A stretch of DNA of 62,950 nt, the filler included, from Olpidium bornovanus S191 (lineage: Eukaryota; Fungi; Olpidiomycota): assembly GCA_017911155.1 (NCBI GenBank). It is 28 parts of 28 records of this genome, joined end to end, with 100 filler letters (N's around TTAATTAATTAA, not from the genome) between each part and the next. Parts side by side here need not be neighbours in the genome. Positions count along the whole stretch, not along the records: positions 61,765 to 62,950 come from JAEFCI010012172.1; 27 more parts are not named here. One strand, written 5' to 3'. This document shows, in pieces, positions 62,103-62,950 of this stretch. Each line of letters begins with the position of its first letter. The stretch's first letter is position 1. Below the pieces are notes generated by a model. That model saw only the letters and a list, made by a program, of their open reading frames with translations, was not told the DNA's origin and did not search any database. Both the position numbers and the translations under genes were made by a program.

Positions 62103-62801
62103 CTAGCGCGGGTGGTTCAGCGCATCGATCGCGCTCTTAAGCTCAGGATTCGCTCCTTTTTTCTTTTTCAGTAAACCGCCAAACCCGCCGCTCTTTAGCC
62201 GGGCGGGATCGACCGCGTGGCCTGTGTACGCGGCGCCGGGTTTCCGGTAGAGCGACGGTCGGGATGCGAAGGCGCCCTGCGGGAGTTCGGTAACGGGGAG
62301 GCCTGGGGCCGGCTTCGGACGTGCGGCCACGGCCTCTGGTGCGAAGGCAGCCTGCTGACTCCGCACGTGGTCCCCGCATACCACTGATGCCGGCCGCAGC
62401 GGCCCAGCGTCCACCGGGAAGGTAGTGGAGGACACAGCCGTCAACGTGTGCGGCCTGCGACTGTGAGTTGCCGGCTCAGCCAGCAGCGGGGGCAGCACTG
62501 GGCTATCTCTCCTCTCGCCGGAGCTTCCGTTCGCCGGACGCACCCAACCTATTGTCGGTGGCGGACGCGGCGGGACAGCCACGGACGAGGCGAACGAGAA
62601 GGGCCGTGAGCCGTCCTGCGATGAAGAAGAGAATGAAGACGACACCGCGACAGTCGACGACTCCCTGTACTCGAGGTCGCCTCCGCTATGCCCGAGCGAC
62701 GGCACGCCGGGTGGTTCTACCGCTGCGCGGAACAAGCGCCCCGAATGTGTCGTCGACGAGAATTCCATTTTCGGCTCCGCAACGTTAGGCGCCACCGGCA
62801 T
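62103..62801 (-). CDS. Hypothetical protein, C-terminal exon
   Basis: 232-codon S/P-rich ORF ending in an ordered-looking segment (GGLLKKKKGANPELKSAIDALNHPR*). The frame probably extends toward the window edge. No family recognised. Confidence 0.45.
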   Translation of the reverse strand: MPVAPNVAEPKMEFSSTTHSGRLFRAAVEPPGVPSLGHSGGDLEYRESSTVAVSSSFSSSSQDGSRPFSFASSVAVPPRPPPTIGWVRPANGSSGERRDSPVLPPLLAEPATHSRRPHTLTAVSSTTFPVDAGPLRPASVVCGDHVRSQQAAFAPEAVAARPKPAPGLPVTELPQGAFASRPSLYRKPGAAYTGHAVDPARLKSGGFGGLLKKKKGANPELKSAIDALNHPR

Positions 62802-62950
62802 CGGGTACCCGAACTGGTCTGCAGAGGAGCATGAATCCGTCCAGGATGTCCGAGGATGCGGCGGATCGTCGGAGTCCTCGGACTTGGAACAAGGATGAGG
62901 CAGTTTCCGCTGATGGTGGGCGGGAGTGCGCCCTGCCCAGGAAGGTCGGC

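Overview
This is not a contiguous locus. It is 28 short contigs (about 1-6 kb) joined by 27 identical 100-bp artificial spacers (44 N + TTAATTAATTAA, a six-frame stop, + 44 N), so adjacency across spacers has no biological meaning. The DNA is GC-rich, has many GT-AG introns and is fungal (HIS1, PRO1, GSH1, a CE4 chitin-deacetylase-like gene, a CenH3 tail ending WGGLG). It also carries genes more typical of early-diverging fungi than of yeasts: QDPR, FANCJ/BRIP1, a cold-shock-domain protein, an RBMS-like RRM protein and an ALDH9/BetB-like dehydrogenase. The taxon assignment is inference. Other recognisable genes or fragments are GEMIN2, METTL6, an SR protein, an SCP2-like PTS1 protein, SIW14, VTS1, SZRD1 and a CFEM-like secreted protein. 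There are five decayed Ty1/copia pieces and a Ty3/gypsy LTR-PBS-gag start. I cannot support a new multi-gene system, a CRISPR array or any RNA gene. The best leads are: (i) a ~245-bp near-perfect fold-back (5001-5245) with G:U-biased mismatches next to a 130-bp tandem duplication; (ii) a chitin-deacetylase-like protein with both metal-binding His replaced by Asn; (iii) an 8-Cys CFEM-like protein in an apparently non-Dikarya genome; (iv) an intronless RNV/RNA tripeptide-repeat ORF pair with a TGATG stop-start overlap; (v) a SIW14 with a non-canonical P-loop. In addition, 22 of 55 contig ends lie at CATG. This indicates NlaIII-type library fragmentation and a risk of chimeric contigs, with one candidate junction inside PRO1. 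All gene identifications come from recalled family motifs; no database search was run.
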